From an uncultured Acidimicrobiaceae bacterium (GTDB lineage Bacteria > Actinomycetota > Acidimicrobiia > Spongiisociales > ZC4RG35): DNA of 44,202 nucleotides. A program made the translations under genes and the position numbers. Position 1 is the stretch's first letter, and every line of letters starts with the position of its first letter. The notes beneath the pieces are model-generated. The model was not told the origin of the DNA and did not search any database. It saw only the letters and a program-made list of their open reading frames with translations. This document shows positions 1-8,543 of the stretch, in pieces. Location of the stretch: contig CAYNSP010000003.1 in assembly GCA_964400035.1 (NCBI GenBank), positions 1 through 44,202 of the forward strand. Direction: 5' to 3'.

Positions 1-1284
1 GCGCCGGGCCAGACGGCTGGCGTGGAGTCCACCGGCCCCACCGAACGCCACCAGGACCGATTCACGAGGATCGGCGCCCTCCTCCACCGAGACCGCCCTC
101 AGCGCGTGTTCCATGTGACTGTCTACGACCTCGAGCATCCCCCGCGCTGTTGCCTCGGGGCTGAGACCGACCTGTCCGGCCAGTCGTTCGATTGCAGCCG
201 TCGCCATGCCCGTACTCAGGGGGAGGCTCCCGGCAAGGGCCAGGCCCGGCGGGATGTGTCCCAGAATCAGGTTGGCGTCGGTGACGGTGGGCTCCAGGCC
301 ACCCTGGCCGTATGCGGCCGGACCGGGAGCCGATCCGGCTGACCGGGGGCCGACTCGTAGAGCCCCCCCGGGGTCAACCCAACCGATGCTGCCGCCACCC
401 GCCCCGATGGTGCGGACAGGGAGTGATGGGACCCGGTTGATCCGCCCGGCCACCCGGTGACCCGCATCGATAGGGGGCGCACCACCGGAGATCCTGCAAA
501 CGTCAGTCGAGGTTCCCCCCATGTCGAACGAGATCACACTCGAGTAACCGTGGTGGCGGGCGAGTGCGGCCGCGGCTACGACACCACCTGCCGGACCCGA
601 CAGCACCAGTCGGGCGGCTGCGTCGGCACCCTGTTCGAACGGGATCAGCCCGCCGGCCGATGTCATCACCAGACCCCTACCGACCGGGATGCGATGGTCC
701 AGATTGGCCAGGTAATCGGCTACTGAAGGTGTCAGATACGCCGAAAGCGCCGCCGTGGCCACCCTCTCATACTCCCTGAACTCCGGGGAGATCGACGTGG
801 CCGACATCACCGGAATGTCAACACCTCTCCGGATCGCATCAGTCAGCTGCTCCTCGTCCTCCGGGTCGAGATACCCGTCGAGGACCCCCACCACAACGAT
901 CTCCGGTTGCGCCTCCCTCAGCCCGGCGATAGTCGCCGCCACGTCGGAATTACCGAAACGGAGTCCGCGGTCGACGAGCGGAGTCGGACGGTCCACACCC
1001 GAGTCGTAGAGGGAAGGGCGGTCCTGGCGGGCGATCTCGACGAGATCCTCGAAACCGGCGTTGGTCACCAGCGCCACCCTGGCTCCTCTCTCTTCGAGCA
1101 GGGCGTTGGTGGCGGCGGTGGTTCCATGGAGAAGGACATCGTCGCCGGTCCAGTCGAGGGCGGATACGACTCCGTCTGCCTGGTGGGCCGTGGTGGAGAC
1201 CTTGAATCCGCGCAGTGACCCGTCCTCATAGACCGCCACGTCGGTGAAGGTGCCACCGACATCAACCCCCACGATCCGTGCCAC
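1..1284 (-). CDS. hydantoinase/oxoprolinase family protein (HyuA-like); 3' end lies outside the window
   Basis: Absent from the ORF track because it runs off the left edge. My reverse-strand translation from GTG (1284-1282) reads VARIVGVDVGGTFTDVAVYEDG...HGTTAATNALLEERGARVALVTNAGFEDLVEIARQDRP...VISFDMGGTSTDV...TIGAGGGSIGWVD. These are the N-terminal and ATPase-type motifs of the hydantoinase_A/oxoprolinase family. The frame agrees at the three places I translated and is in phase with position 1. I did not scan every codon for stops. Confidence 0.8.
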   Translation of the reverse strand, partial: MARIVGVDVGGTFTDVAVYEDGSLRGFKVSTTAHQADGVVSALDWTGDDVLLHGTTAATNALLEERGARVALVTNAGFEDLVEIARQDRPSLYDSGVDRPTPLVDRGLRFGNSDVAATIAGLREAQPEIVVVGVLDGYLDPEDEEQLTDAIRRGVDIPVMSATSISPEFREYERVATAALSAYLTPSVADYLANLDHRIPVGRGLVMTSAGGLIPFEQGADAAARLVLSGPAGGVVAAAALARHHGYSSVISFDMGGTSTDVCRISGGAPPIDAGHRVAGRINRVPSLPVRTIGAGGGSIGWVDPGGALRVGPRSAGSAPGPAAYGQGGLEPTVTDANLILGHIPPGLALAGSLPLSTGMATAAIERLAGQVGLSPEATARGMLEVVDSHMEHALRAVSVEEGADPRESVLVAFGGAGGLHASRLARR

Positions 1285-1290
1285 TAGTGT
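1285..1290 (+). promoter_or_regulatory. -10-like hexamer TAGTGT, 6 nt upstream of the nfu-like ATG (candidate leaderless promoter)
   Basis: TAGTGT-cgcctc-ATG(1297). There is no Shine-Dalgarno, and only 12 bp separate the divergent start codons at 1284 and 1297. Confidence 0.3.
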
Positions 1291-1296
1291 CGCCTC

Positions 1297-1554
1297 ATGG
1301 CCGTCACGGTATCGCCCACTCCCAACCCGAATGCGATGAAGTTCATGGTCGGGCAACCGATAGGTGGACCGGGCACCGTCAGGTCGGGAAGCGATGCTTC
1401 AGAGGAGTATCTGACCGAGCTGATCGCCATAGACGGCGTGGCCAGCATCTTCTTCACCGCAGATTTCTTGACGATCACCCGGTCACCGACTGTCGAATGG
1501 GACGACATCCTTGCAGAGGCAGTCCCCATTCTGGAACGTCGGTTCGGTGGCTAA
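1297..1554 (+). CDS. NifU N-terminal (Nfu_N) domain-containing Fe-S scaffold-like protein
   Basis: The 85-aa ORF begins MAVTVSPTPNPNAMKF, matching the TPNPNxxKF signature of the Nfu_N domain. GC3-rich coding frame. Confidence 0.8.
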   Translation: MAVTVSPTPNPNAMKFMVGQPIGGPGTVRSGSDASEEYLTELIAIDGVASIFFTADFLTITRSPTVEWDDILAEAVPILERRFGG

Positions 1555-2414
1555 GGCACCACCACCGTTCGGGGACGGGAAACCCCGTCGGGATCGGTGA
1601 CCATCACCACCACCCGCCATCGACCATCCGTGAGCTGCTCCCCGCCGACGACTTCCCCGTAGATCGCCTGGACTTCATCGCGCAACGAATCGGGGAGCGG
1701 GGTCAGACCGAGCATTGCCGGCGTGGCGTCGACCGGGTCGACGAATCGGGGAGGCCTGAGCACGCGGGGCAGGCCGTCGGGTCCGACCAGCACGTCGACC
1801 ACCACTTTCACCGGCGCCTGGCGGGTGAATCCTTCACCCGGTGTCGCCGCCATCGACCGGGCCAGGACCTCCACCTCGTAGACCAGGCCACCGATGTCCG
1901 AAACCGAAACGGCGGAGACCCAGTCGACATAGACCCTGGTCCCTTCGGGTGCCCTTGGAGCAGGGACTCCGACCGGAAGGAGACGCTCGAGGGTGGCGGC
2001 GTCGTCGAACGACAGATACTCGACGACGAACCACTCCGCATGTGACGCGGCATGACGGGCTATCTGGTCGGGATCTACCGCGTATAGATCGGCCTCACTT
2101 CGGAGCACCGGAGGCTGCACGGTGGCCGGCGAGGACTGCGACGGAATCGTGGTGGGTGGGGCGACGACCGGCTGGCTGACCGGCTGGTTTCTTACGAAGG
2201 AGAAGCCGAGGGCCCCGAGAACCAGCGCCCCGGCGACCGCTATCAACATCCGGTTGTTGTCCCGAGCAGGCCGTTCCAGGGTCTCCCACGGGATTCGTTC
2301 GAAGACCTCCTCGCGCTGCGTGTGTGTGCCGCGACCGGGGTCGCGGTCCCTCTCCCTGTCCATGACCCGAACGTATGAGGTGACAGGACGTTGTTCAAGG
2401 GGTCTGTGGTTCAA
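1551..2414 (-). CDS. hypothetical membrane-anchored protein (single TM helix)
   Basis: 287-aa ORF with a charged N-terminus, one hydrophobic helix (MLIAVAGALVLGALGFSF), a Pro/Ser/Thr linker and a globular C-terminal domain. No family recognised. The start is uncertain (alternative ATG at 2363). Its stop overlaps the nfu-like stop by 4 nt (convergent). Confidence 0.55.
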   Translation of the reverse strand: MNHRPLEQRPVTSYVRVMDRERDRDPGRGTHTQREEVFERIPWETLERPARDNNRMLIAVAGALVLGALGFSFVRNQPVSQPVVAPPTTIPSQSSPATVQPPVLRSEADLYAVDPDQIARHAASHAEWFVVEYLSFDDAATLERLLPVGVPAPRAPEGTRVYVDWVSAVSVSDIGGLVYEVEVLARSMAATPGEGFTRQAPVKVVVDVLVGPDGLPRVLRPPRFVDPVDATPAMLGLTPLPDSLRDEVQAIYGEVVGGEQLTDGRWRVVVMVTDPDGVSRPRTVVVP

Positions 2415-2454
2415 CCCAGGAACTTATCGACCACCCGCTAACGTCACATGGGAT

Positions 2455-3048
2455 ATGTCAATGAATGCCGACCCGAAGCCGGGCCGCTGGATCCTCCCGC
2501 TGGTGATCATCGGGATGATTGCGTTCACCTACTACTTCGTCCGTGAGCTTCCGGCCGCGGTCCCCGACACCACCATCGCCGCTGGTAACGGAACCACATC
2601 CACGACAGCCCCCGATAACGAGACCACGACCACTGGATCAACACCGTTGGATCCGGCCGTCCAGGAGTACCTCGATGCGGTCGACGACATCAACGCCGAT
2701 CTTCAGCTCGCCCGGATCGAGCTTGTCGCCGCCAACTCGGGTTTCGATGCCAACCCCCGGGAAGTGCAATTCCCCGATGCAGTCACCCGGTTCCAGGGGG
2801 TGATCAACGACACCACCGCCCTGGTTACCAGGTTCACCGCCCTGACCGCCCCCGAAGGCCTCGAAGCGAACCACACTCTCCTGGGTGGTCATCTCGACAC
2901 CGCTTTGAAGGCGGCACAGGATGCACTGGGTGGTCTTCAGTCCTCAGATCCCGGCGACATCCGTCGCTCGAATGTCACCGCCTATGTCAACGCCGCAACC
3001 AGCTTCGAGACCGAGACCACCAACCTGCACACTGCAGCCGCAGGCTAG
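2455..3048 (+). CDS. hypothetical membrane-anchored protein
   Basis: The track ORF 2122..3048 overlaps the divergent gene. The internal ATG at 2455 gives MSMNADPKPGRWILPLVIIGMIAFTYYF, a TM anchor followed by a Thr-rich linker and a helical domain. No family recognised. Confidence 0.55.
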   Translation: MSMNADPKPGRWILPLVIIGMIAFTYYFVRELPAAVPDTTIAAGNGTTSTTAPDNETTTTGSTPLDPAVQEYLDAVDDINADLQLARIELVAANSGFDANPREVQFPDAVTRFQGVINDTTALVTRFTALTAPEGLEANHTLLGGHLDTALKAAQDALGGLQSSDPGDIRRSNVTAYVNAATSFETETTNLHTAAAG

Positions 3049-3297
3049 GACCCCCACCACCCGTAACCCACCGGGCAGTTGCCTCTGCGGGGAGAATCAT
3101 TTGGAATAGGTGTCGTATTCAAAGTCTCGTGTTCGTAGATGTTGCAAAGACGACCGACTGAGCTTGGGCCATCCCCCCTCGACACAATCGATCGCGGGGA
3201 GGCATGCGCGAGGTACAAGCCGCGCGAGGCGGCTGAGCAGGAAGTTACTGTCCCCGACATCATTGAGTCATGCGATTCCGAATGTAGAGTGCACGGC

Positions 3298-4908
3298 ATG
3301 AAAGACAGGCCAACTCCCGAGACTGGTCGAGCAGGGAGGGCAGAACGGCTCCTCGGAAGCGCAAGGGACTCAAGTGTTACAGCAGTGCTGCTGGCGGCGA
3401 GTATGGCCTTCGGTGTCATGTTGTCAGCTCCCACAGCCGTTCGTGGTGACACAACATACTCCGGACACTCATCCGACACTGACTCACTTTCCGCCAACGA
3501 CCTACTCCAATCGAGCGAGTTCTCGGCCGTGCGCGCCCTGTGGGCTGATGACTCTGCTCTGGCCGACCAGATCGACTATCAGCTCACCTATCGAGCGCAA
3601 GCCGACTTCCTGGCCGTCAGTCGTCAGGACCTGGCTGATCTACTCACGGCCCGCCCGCATAACGGAGCACATGAGAACATGGGGCTCTACATGTGGGAAC
3701 ACGAGTACGAAGAGCTGCAGCGTCGGATGGAGCTTGGCGACCGTATGGAGGATGTTGTCCATTCCATTACAGGAGTACTTCCGCCATCCGAAGAGGGCGC
3801 GGAAGAAGGTTCATACGGTCCTCTATTCGCCGGGATTTGGCAGGACCAGATGGATGGCGGACGTATCGTTGTTGCGGTGACCGATGTTGAGGCATTGGAC
3901 ACTCGAGTGATCGCTCGGGTCCTCGGGTCCGAGGCTGACTTCAAAGTGATCGAACAAAGGTACTCGTATGATCAAACCAACGACCTGCGCGATCAACTGG
4001 TGTCGGCGATTCGCAGGGAAGGAATAGATGCCTCTGTTCTCATCACGTCCACGTCCGCAGGCCGTCAGATCGAAGTTCAAACTTCCCAACCATCAGGGGT
4101 CGTCGCCGCCCTGGGCGACATTGTGCCGTTGGATGCCTACATCGTCACCGAGGGACCGACGTTCGGCGAACTCGGAAACCCTCAGGATCTGCACACGTGG
4201 AGTGCGCTTCAGCCGGGTGAGGCAGTCGCAGTGGGCACGGGTTCGGGGAGCAACGGGAAGAAGTGTACGTGGGGTTTTAACGGGCACACGGCGACATACA
4301 ACTATGTCGTACTGGCCGCCCATTGTGCGCCATCGGCCTACTACAACTACTCCAATTGGGTCGTCGGGGACGGGAAGTTCGAGATCGGGCAGTCGTATAG
4401 CACCAGGGTCCCTTGGCCACGGATAATCACGACCGGAGACACATTCGTCGTTTCCGTGCACAACAACACATACGATGTTTTGCGTGCTGAGACGCCATAC
4501 GCCGATGACAACTGCTACCACGGCTCGGGATCCGGCAGCGGTACCCACTGCCAATGGCCCATGGCAAGCCGGGCGTCCCACAATTCTTGGGAGATCAATA
4601 GTGACCAAACTTGCGCATCGTTGGGAAGCTCGAACACGTACCGGTGCGGCTTCATCCTTGAGGAGAACTTCGAGGGTGGTCGGATGGTTCGAGCGGCGAT
4701 CCAGAATATCCCAGGTGACTCAGGATCGGGCGCTAAGTGGGAGTACACCATCGATGGTGTGATCGTGCAAGGCAGCGGCTCGCAGGTGCTCTTCAACACT
4801 GCATTCGATGTTAAGACGCAGCTGAGTTTCGACTTTAACTGCGCTGCGCCTGGCCCACACTACCTGTCAGCCGGGAGTTGGGGCAGTTGCCCGGTAGTCG
4901 ACCGCTAG
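3298..4908 (+). CDS. secreted S1-family (chymotrypsin fold, streptogrisin/alpha-lytic-like) serine peptidase with a long N-terminal pro-region
   Basis: The C-terminal domain carries the catalytic triad motifs VVLAAHC (His), TYDVLRAE (Asp) and IPGDSGSG (Ser). The ATG at 3298 gives a signal-like N-terminus (MKDRPTPETGRAGRAERLLGS...VTAVLLAASMAFGVMLSAP). The track start at 3139 is an alternative. Confidence 0.75.
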   Translation: MKDRPTPETGRAGRAERLLGSARDSSVTAVLLAASMAFGVMLSAPTAVRGDTTYSGHSSDTDSLSANDLLQSSEFSAVRALWADDSALADQIDYQLTYRAQADFLAVSRQDLADLLTARPHNGAHENMGLYMWEHEYEELQRRMELGDRMEDVVHSITGVLPPSEEGAEEGSYGPLFAGIWQDQMDGGRIVVAVTDVEALDTRVIARVLGSEADFKVIEQRYSYDQTNDLRDQLVSAIRREGIDASVLITSTSAGRQIEVQTSQPSGVVAALGDIVPLDAYIVTEGPTFGELGNPQDLHTWSALQPGEAVAVGTGSGSNGKKCTWGFNGHTATYNYVVLAAHCAPSAYYNYSNWVVGDGKFEIGQSYSTRVPWPRIITTGDTFVVSVHNNTYDVLRAETPYADDNCYHGSGSGSGTHCQWPMASRASHNSWEINSDQTCASLGSSNTYRCGFILEENFEGGRMVRAAIQNIPGDSGSGAKWEYTIDGVIVQGSGSQVLFNTAFDVKTQLSFDFNCAAPGPHYLSAGSWGSCPVVDR

Positions 4909-5255
4909 GTAATGCCCCTCGGACCAGGGCAGCATCGCTTCTTGTTAGCGGGACTGTCATGACGTTGCTCCTCGCCGGTTGTGGAGGGATCGAGGTTGAA
5001 TTGCGCATTGCAGAATGCAGTAACCCGGATCTCCTGATCGAAGAGCAGCTCTGGCAAACGGAGGAGACCATTCCTGTCTCATGGAGGGGCCGCCAGTCCG
5101 TCTCGGGCACTTTCAAAATAGCCGCTGATGGTCAAACGGGCATCTTCGTTGGACCTGACGGGGTATCCATGACCTACCGGATCGTCACCGAGACCTTTAG
5201 GGCGCACCCGTGCTTCTTGGAGAGTCCTGCCAGGCTCGCCCTTCGTAGGGTCTGA
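4878..5255 (+). CDS. small putative lipoprotein, function unknown
   Basis: Lipobox LLLAGC|GG. The TTG start at 4878 overlaps the peptidase 3' end by 31 nt. The alternative ATG at 4959 leaves too short a signal peptide. No family recognised. Confidence 0.5.
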   Translation: MGQLPGSRPLGNAPRTRAASLLVSGTVMTLLLAGCGGIEVELRIAECSNPDLLIEEQLWQTEETIPVSWRGRQSVSGTFKIAADGQTGIFVGPDGVSMTYRIVTETFRAHPCFLESPARLALRRV

Positions 5256-5306
5256 GCGGCGCCATGTAGGCGTCCACTGGACATCGATCGAAGTCGACCC
5301 GGAGAC

Positions 5307-6433
5307 TTGGTCACAACAGTGTTGCCGCCGACGGTCACGCGATCGCGGATCGCTGCGACGCCTTGGGGGTTTCCGACTGCCCCGAGTCCAGGCGTTGTTC
5401 CAGCAGCGGAACCATGCGGGAGAGCCTCGACTTCCCGACACTGCGACAGACTGCGGATTCAGGCCTGGTTGGACGAGGAGACCTCAAAGCTCGTCACCGG
5501 CCAGTGGATCGACCCGGCCGCGCGGAGAGTTACGGTCGATCAGTGGTGTGAACAGTGGATGGGCGGCTACTCGGGAAGTGCATCCACAGTCAGACAAGCA
5601 CGCACTCATATGAGCAAGATCCGCGCTGAGTTTGGTCCGATGCTGCTCAGCTCGGTGCGGCCGTCACAGATCCGCTCATGGATCGCTCGACTGACGGATG
5701 ACGGTCATGCAACGTCCTATATCAACGCGTTGCATTCTCGCCTTGCACAGATCATGGGGGACGCGGTGCGGGATGGGCTGCTTGCCCGGTCCCCGTGCTC
5801 CCGGCACACCTCACCGCCGATGGGCGAACAGCGACCTAACCTGGCGACCACGGAGCAGGTCTGGGAACTCTATGCGACGTTTCCCGAGCGACGTCAGCTG
5901 GCGGTCCTGTTGGGGGCGTTTGCCGGCGTCACCACCGCTGAGGCTTGCCGTCTGCGCTCCAAGGACGTCGCGTTCCTGGGGAGGGAGATCCGGCCCACTG
6001 TCCAATGGCCATCTGAGCCGCTGAAGCGCCCGATGCGTCGGGCGCCCATCCCTGTGGCTGACGATCTCCTTGAGGCAATCTCCGTTCAGGTTGCGCGCTG
6101 GCCGGGAGAGTGGGTACTCACTCACGACCACGGCCATCAGGTGGGGCCTTGGCTCATCCAACGCGACATGGCACGCGCCCGCAAGCGACTCGCCAACCTT
6201 CCGGAGGGGTTTCGGTTCCACGACCTCCGCCACTACTACGCCCCACTGCTCACCTTCTCTGGATCCGATGTGAAGGTCGTCCAACACCGGGTTCGTCACG
6301 ATTCGGCCAAAACGATGCTCGACACCTACGGACACCTCTGGCCAGGCTCTGATGAGGCCAGCCCACGGCCGTGGAGCATGTCCTGTCCGCGCTCCTTGCG
6401 GACTATCCGCGGACTAAGGAGCAGGCTCGATAA
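5307..6433 (+). pseudogene. tyrosine recombinase/phage-type integrase, apparently degenerate (C-terminal frameshift; Arg-I position is Thr)
   Basis: Motifs present: GQWIDPAARRVTVDQW (N-terminal SAM-like domain), FHDLRHYYA (His/Arg-II) and RHDSAKTMLDTYGHLW (His and catalytic Tyr). After ...LWPGSDEAS the family-typical tail TAVEHVLSALLADYPRTKEQAR* continues in another frame and stops at 6431-6433. The annotated frame instead runs on to 6785, antisense through glnA. Confidence 0.6.
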
Positions 6434-6464
6434 GCGTTTGCCCAGGTCACAGGCCAGTCTGCGC

Positions 6465-7889
6465 TCAGATGTCGTAGTAGAGGTGGAACTCGTACGGGTG
6501 CGGACGGAGGCGAACCGGATCGACCTCATGCACCCTCTTGTAGCTGATCCAATCCTCGATCAGACCCTTGGTGAACACACCGCCGGCGAGGAGGAACTCG
6601 TGGTCGGCTTCCAGTGCGTCAAGAGCCTCGCTGAGACTGCCCGGAACGGAGGGAAGATTCGCCAGCTCGGAGGGCGGCAGGTCGTAGATGTCCTTGTCGA
6701 CCGGCTCGTGTGGCTCGATCCGACGCTGAACCCCGTCCAGACCGGCCATGAGCATCGCCGCAAACGACAGGTACGGGTTGCATGATGGGTCGGGGCACCG
6801 GAATTCGAGACGCTTGGCCGCCGGAGCCTGTGAGTACTGGGGGATCCGGATCGCAGCCGACCGATTCCGGCTCGAGTAGACCAGGTTGACCGGAGCCTCA
6901 TACCCGGGAACCAACCGGTGGTACGAGTTCGTGGTCGGAGCGGCGAAGGCCAGGATGGCGGCAGCGTGTTCGAGGAGGCCACCGATGTACCAACGGGCCA
7001 TGTCAGAGAGGCCGGCATAGCCACTCTCGTCGAAGAACATGGGCACGCCGTCTTTCCATAGTGACTGGTGGGTATGCATCCCCGAGCCGTTGTCCTCGAA
7101 GATCGGCTTGGGCATGAACGTCACCGAGCGACCGTCTGCCAGCGCCGTGTTCTTCACGATGTACTTGTAGAGGGTGACGTTGTCGGCAGTCCTCAGCAGG
7201 GTGTCGTACCGCATGTCGATCTCCGCCTGACCGGCGGTGCCTACCTCGTGGTGCTGAACCTCGATCCGGATTCCCGCCTTCTCGAGGTTGGCGGTCATTT
7301 CCGACCGGAGGTCTTGGAAATGGTCGGTCGGGGGTACCGGGAAGTACCCCTCCTTATATCGTGGCTTGTACCCGAGGTTCCCCCCCTCCTCATTGGTGCC
7401 CGAGTTCCAGGCGCCTTCCACCGAGTCGAGGTAATAGAAGCCTGAGTACTGGTTCTGGCCGTAACGGACATCATCGAAGATGTAGAACTCGGCCTCGGGA
7501 CCCCAGAAGGAGGTGTCGGCGATACCGGTGCTCAGGAGGTAGTCCTCGGCCTTCTTGGCGATGTAACGGGGGTCCTTCTCATAGGGCGCCCCGGTCAGCG
7601 GCTCATGGACGAAGCAGTAGAGGATGAGCGTCTTGCGCTTCCGGAAGATGTCCTCGGTGGCAGTCGACGGATCCGGTTTGAGGATCGTGTCGGTCTCCTG
7701 GATCGCCTGGAATCCCCGGAGCGAGGAGCCGTCGAATCCGAAGCCGTCGTCGAAGCGCTCCTCGGTCAGTGCCCGTGCGGGAACGGTGAAGTGCTGCACC
7801 TGACCGGGCAGGTCGCAAAATCGTAGGTCGATGAACTCGTATCCCTCTTCGGCGACGAGCTTCACCACGTCGGCTGCGGTTCTTGTCAT
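6465..7889 (-). CDS. glnA: glutamine synthetase type I
   Basis: 474 aa with [27 protein letters not shown] and the adenylylation-loop-like KDIYDLPP motifs. Strong SD (AGGAGGGACC-ATG). Confidence 0.95.
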   Translation of the reverse strand: MTRTAADVVKLVAEEGYEFIDLRFCDLPGQVQHFTVPARALTEERFDDGFGFDGSSLRGFQAIQETDTILKPDPSTATEDIFRKRKTLILYCFVHEPLTGAPYEKDPRYIAKKAEDYLLSTGIADTSFWGPEAEFYIFDDVRYGQNQYSGFYYLDSVEGAWNSGTNEEGGNLGYKPRYKEGYFPVPPTDHFQDLRSEMTANLEKAGIRIEVQHHEVGTAGQAEIDMRYDTLLRTADNVTLYKYIVKNTALADGRSVTFMPKPIFEDNGSGMHTHQSLWKDGVPMFFDESGYAGLSDMARWYIGGLLEHAAAILAFAAPTTNSYHRLVPGYEAPVNLVYSSRNRSAAIRIPQYSQAPAAKRLEFRCPDPSCNPYLSFAAMLMAGLDGVQRRIEPHEPVDKDIYDLPPSELANLPSVPGSLSEALDALEADHEFLLAGGVFTKGLIEDWISYKRVHEVDPVRLRPHPYEFHLYYDI

Positions 7890-7932
7890 GGTCCCTCCTG
7901 AACGCTTGCGACCAGGGTTGTACGGGCACGTG

Positions 7933-7970
7933 GTTGCCGGTCGGTTGCGGAATTGTTAATGGTCTGTTTC
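7933..7970 (-). promoter_or_regulatory. GlnR-like operator: four nnAAC pentamers at exact 11-bp spacing upstream of glnA
   Basis: On the glnA-sense strand: GAAAC-n6-TTAAC-n6-GCAAC-n6-GCAAC. The plus-strand pentamers start at 7933, 7944, 7955 and 7966. The array lies 44-81 nt upstream of the glnA ATG and resembles the actinobacterial GlnR box gTnAC-n6-GaAAC-n6-GtnAC-n6-GAAAC. Confidence 0.4.
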
Positions 7971-8050
7971 GTAGCCGCCTGGCCCCCATGACCGGGCGAG
8001 GCACGGGCAATTGCGCCGTAGGCTCCCCCTAAACCGAGAGGAGATGGTTC

Positions 8051-8518
8051 ATGTCCGAGCACACCCGAAGATTTCACGTTGCCGTACCTCATCGCCCGTT
8101 CGGTGGGGACAGATTCGGACGTGGTGCGGAAAGGTTCGCGCGGATGTTCGGCACACCCGGATTCCTCATTGCCCAGACCGTCATAGTGGTGGTCTGGATC
8201 ACTATCAATGTGGCAGCTGCAACGCGACGGTGGGACCCGTACCCGTTCATCCTCTTGAACCTGGCGTTTTCCCTGCAGTCCGCATATGCCGCACCCCTGA
8301 TTCTGCTTGCCCAGACCCGCCAGGCTGATCGGGACAAGGCACTCAGTGCCGCAGATATCGAGCATCGTGAGGCGTTGGCCGAGGCATCGCTTGAACGTCA
8401 GGAGATAGCGATCGAACTGTCGCGAGACCTCCACCGCCTCCTGGAGGAGAACACCAGACTGACCTCACAGGTTCATGAGCTCACCAGCGAGGTGCGCTCG
8501 ATGCTGGCGACACGCTGA
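8051..8518 (+). CDS. DUF1003 domain-containing membrane protein
   Basis: The WDPYPFILLNLAFSLQSAYAAPLILLAQTRQADRD core is typical of DUF1003. It has two TM helices plus a C-terminal coiled coil, and an SD (GAGAGGAG) upstream. Confidence 0.8.
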   Translation: MSEHTRRFHVAVPHRPFGGDRFGRGAERFARMFGTPGFLIAQTVIVVVWITINVAAATRRWDPYPFILLNLAFSLQSAYAAPLILLAQTRQADRDKALSAADIEHREALAEASLERQEIAIELSRDLHRLLEENTRLTSQVHELTSEVRSMLATR

Positions 8519-8543
8519 GTGGCGACTACCGTCGCATAACGTC

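Larger units (their letters stand above)
3049..6464. mobile_element. putative remnant of an integrated element (AT-richer islet: S1 peptidase, lipoprotein, degenerate integrase)
   Basis: Composition and third-codon-position bias are visibly lower in GC than both flanks. A tyrosine recombinase gene sits at the right edge, directly abutting the glnA stop. No tRNA target, flanking direct repeats or other mobility genes were seen. Confidence 0.4.

Noticed and set aside
3049-3145. Candidate att site or duplicated glnA 3' end at the left border of the islet. It shares short strings with 6465-6490 (TGTCGTA, AGATGT, TCGTAG).
   Set aside because: Only permuted 6-7-nt matches are present, with inconsistent spacing and no convincing direct repeat by eye. 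A proper local alignment is needed before any claim.
3139-3297. 53-codon N-terminal extension of the S1 peptidase ORF, and the overlapping 63-aa ORF 3110-3301.
   Set aside because: The region is AT-rich and lacks coding-type codon bias. The ATG at 3298 gives a normal signal peptide. The 3139 start is kept only as an alternative.
5363-5460. Possible second frameshift near the integrase N-terminus. An alternative frame reads SLDFPTLRQTAD, resembling the sFpTkrqAe segment that precedes WL in integrases.
   Set aside because: The annotated frame (GRASTSRHCDRLRIQAWLDEE) aligns with the same consensus at the same length, so the evidence is ambiguous. I do not claim it.
3049-6464. tRNA or tmRNA gene as the integration target next to the integrase.
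   Set aside because: I scanned the islet borders and all intergenic spacers by eye for T-loop-like GGTTCGA(A/G)TCC and acceptor-stem pairing. I found none outside coding sequence.
6434-6785. C-terminal part (about 117 codons) of the 492-aa integrase ORF, which overlaps glnA on the opposite strand.
   Set aside because: It is antisense to a highly conserved glnA segment. The family-like integrase tail and stop lie in another frame ending at 6433. I treat the rest as read-through caused by a frameshift, not as coding sequence.
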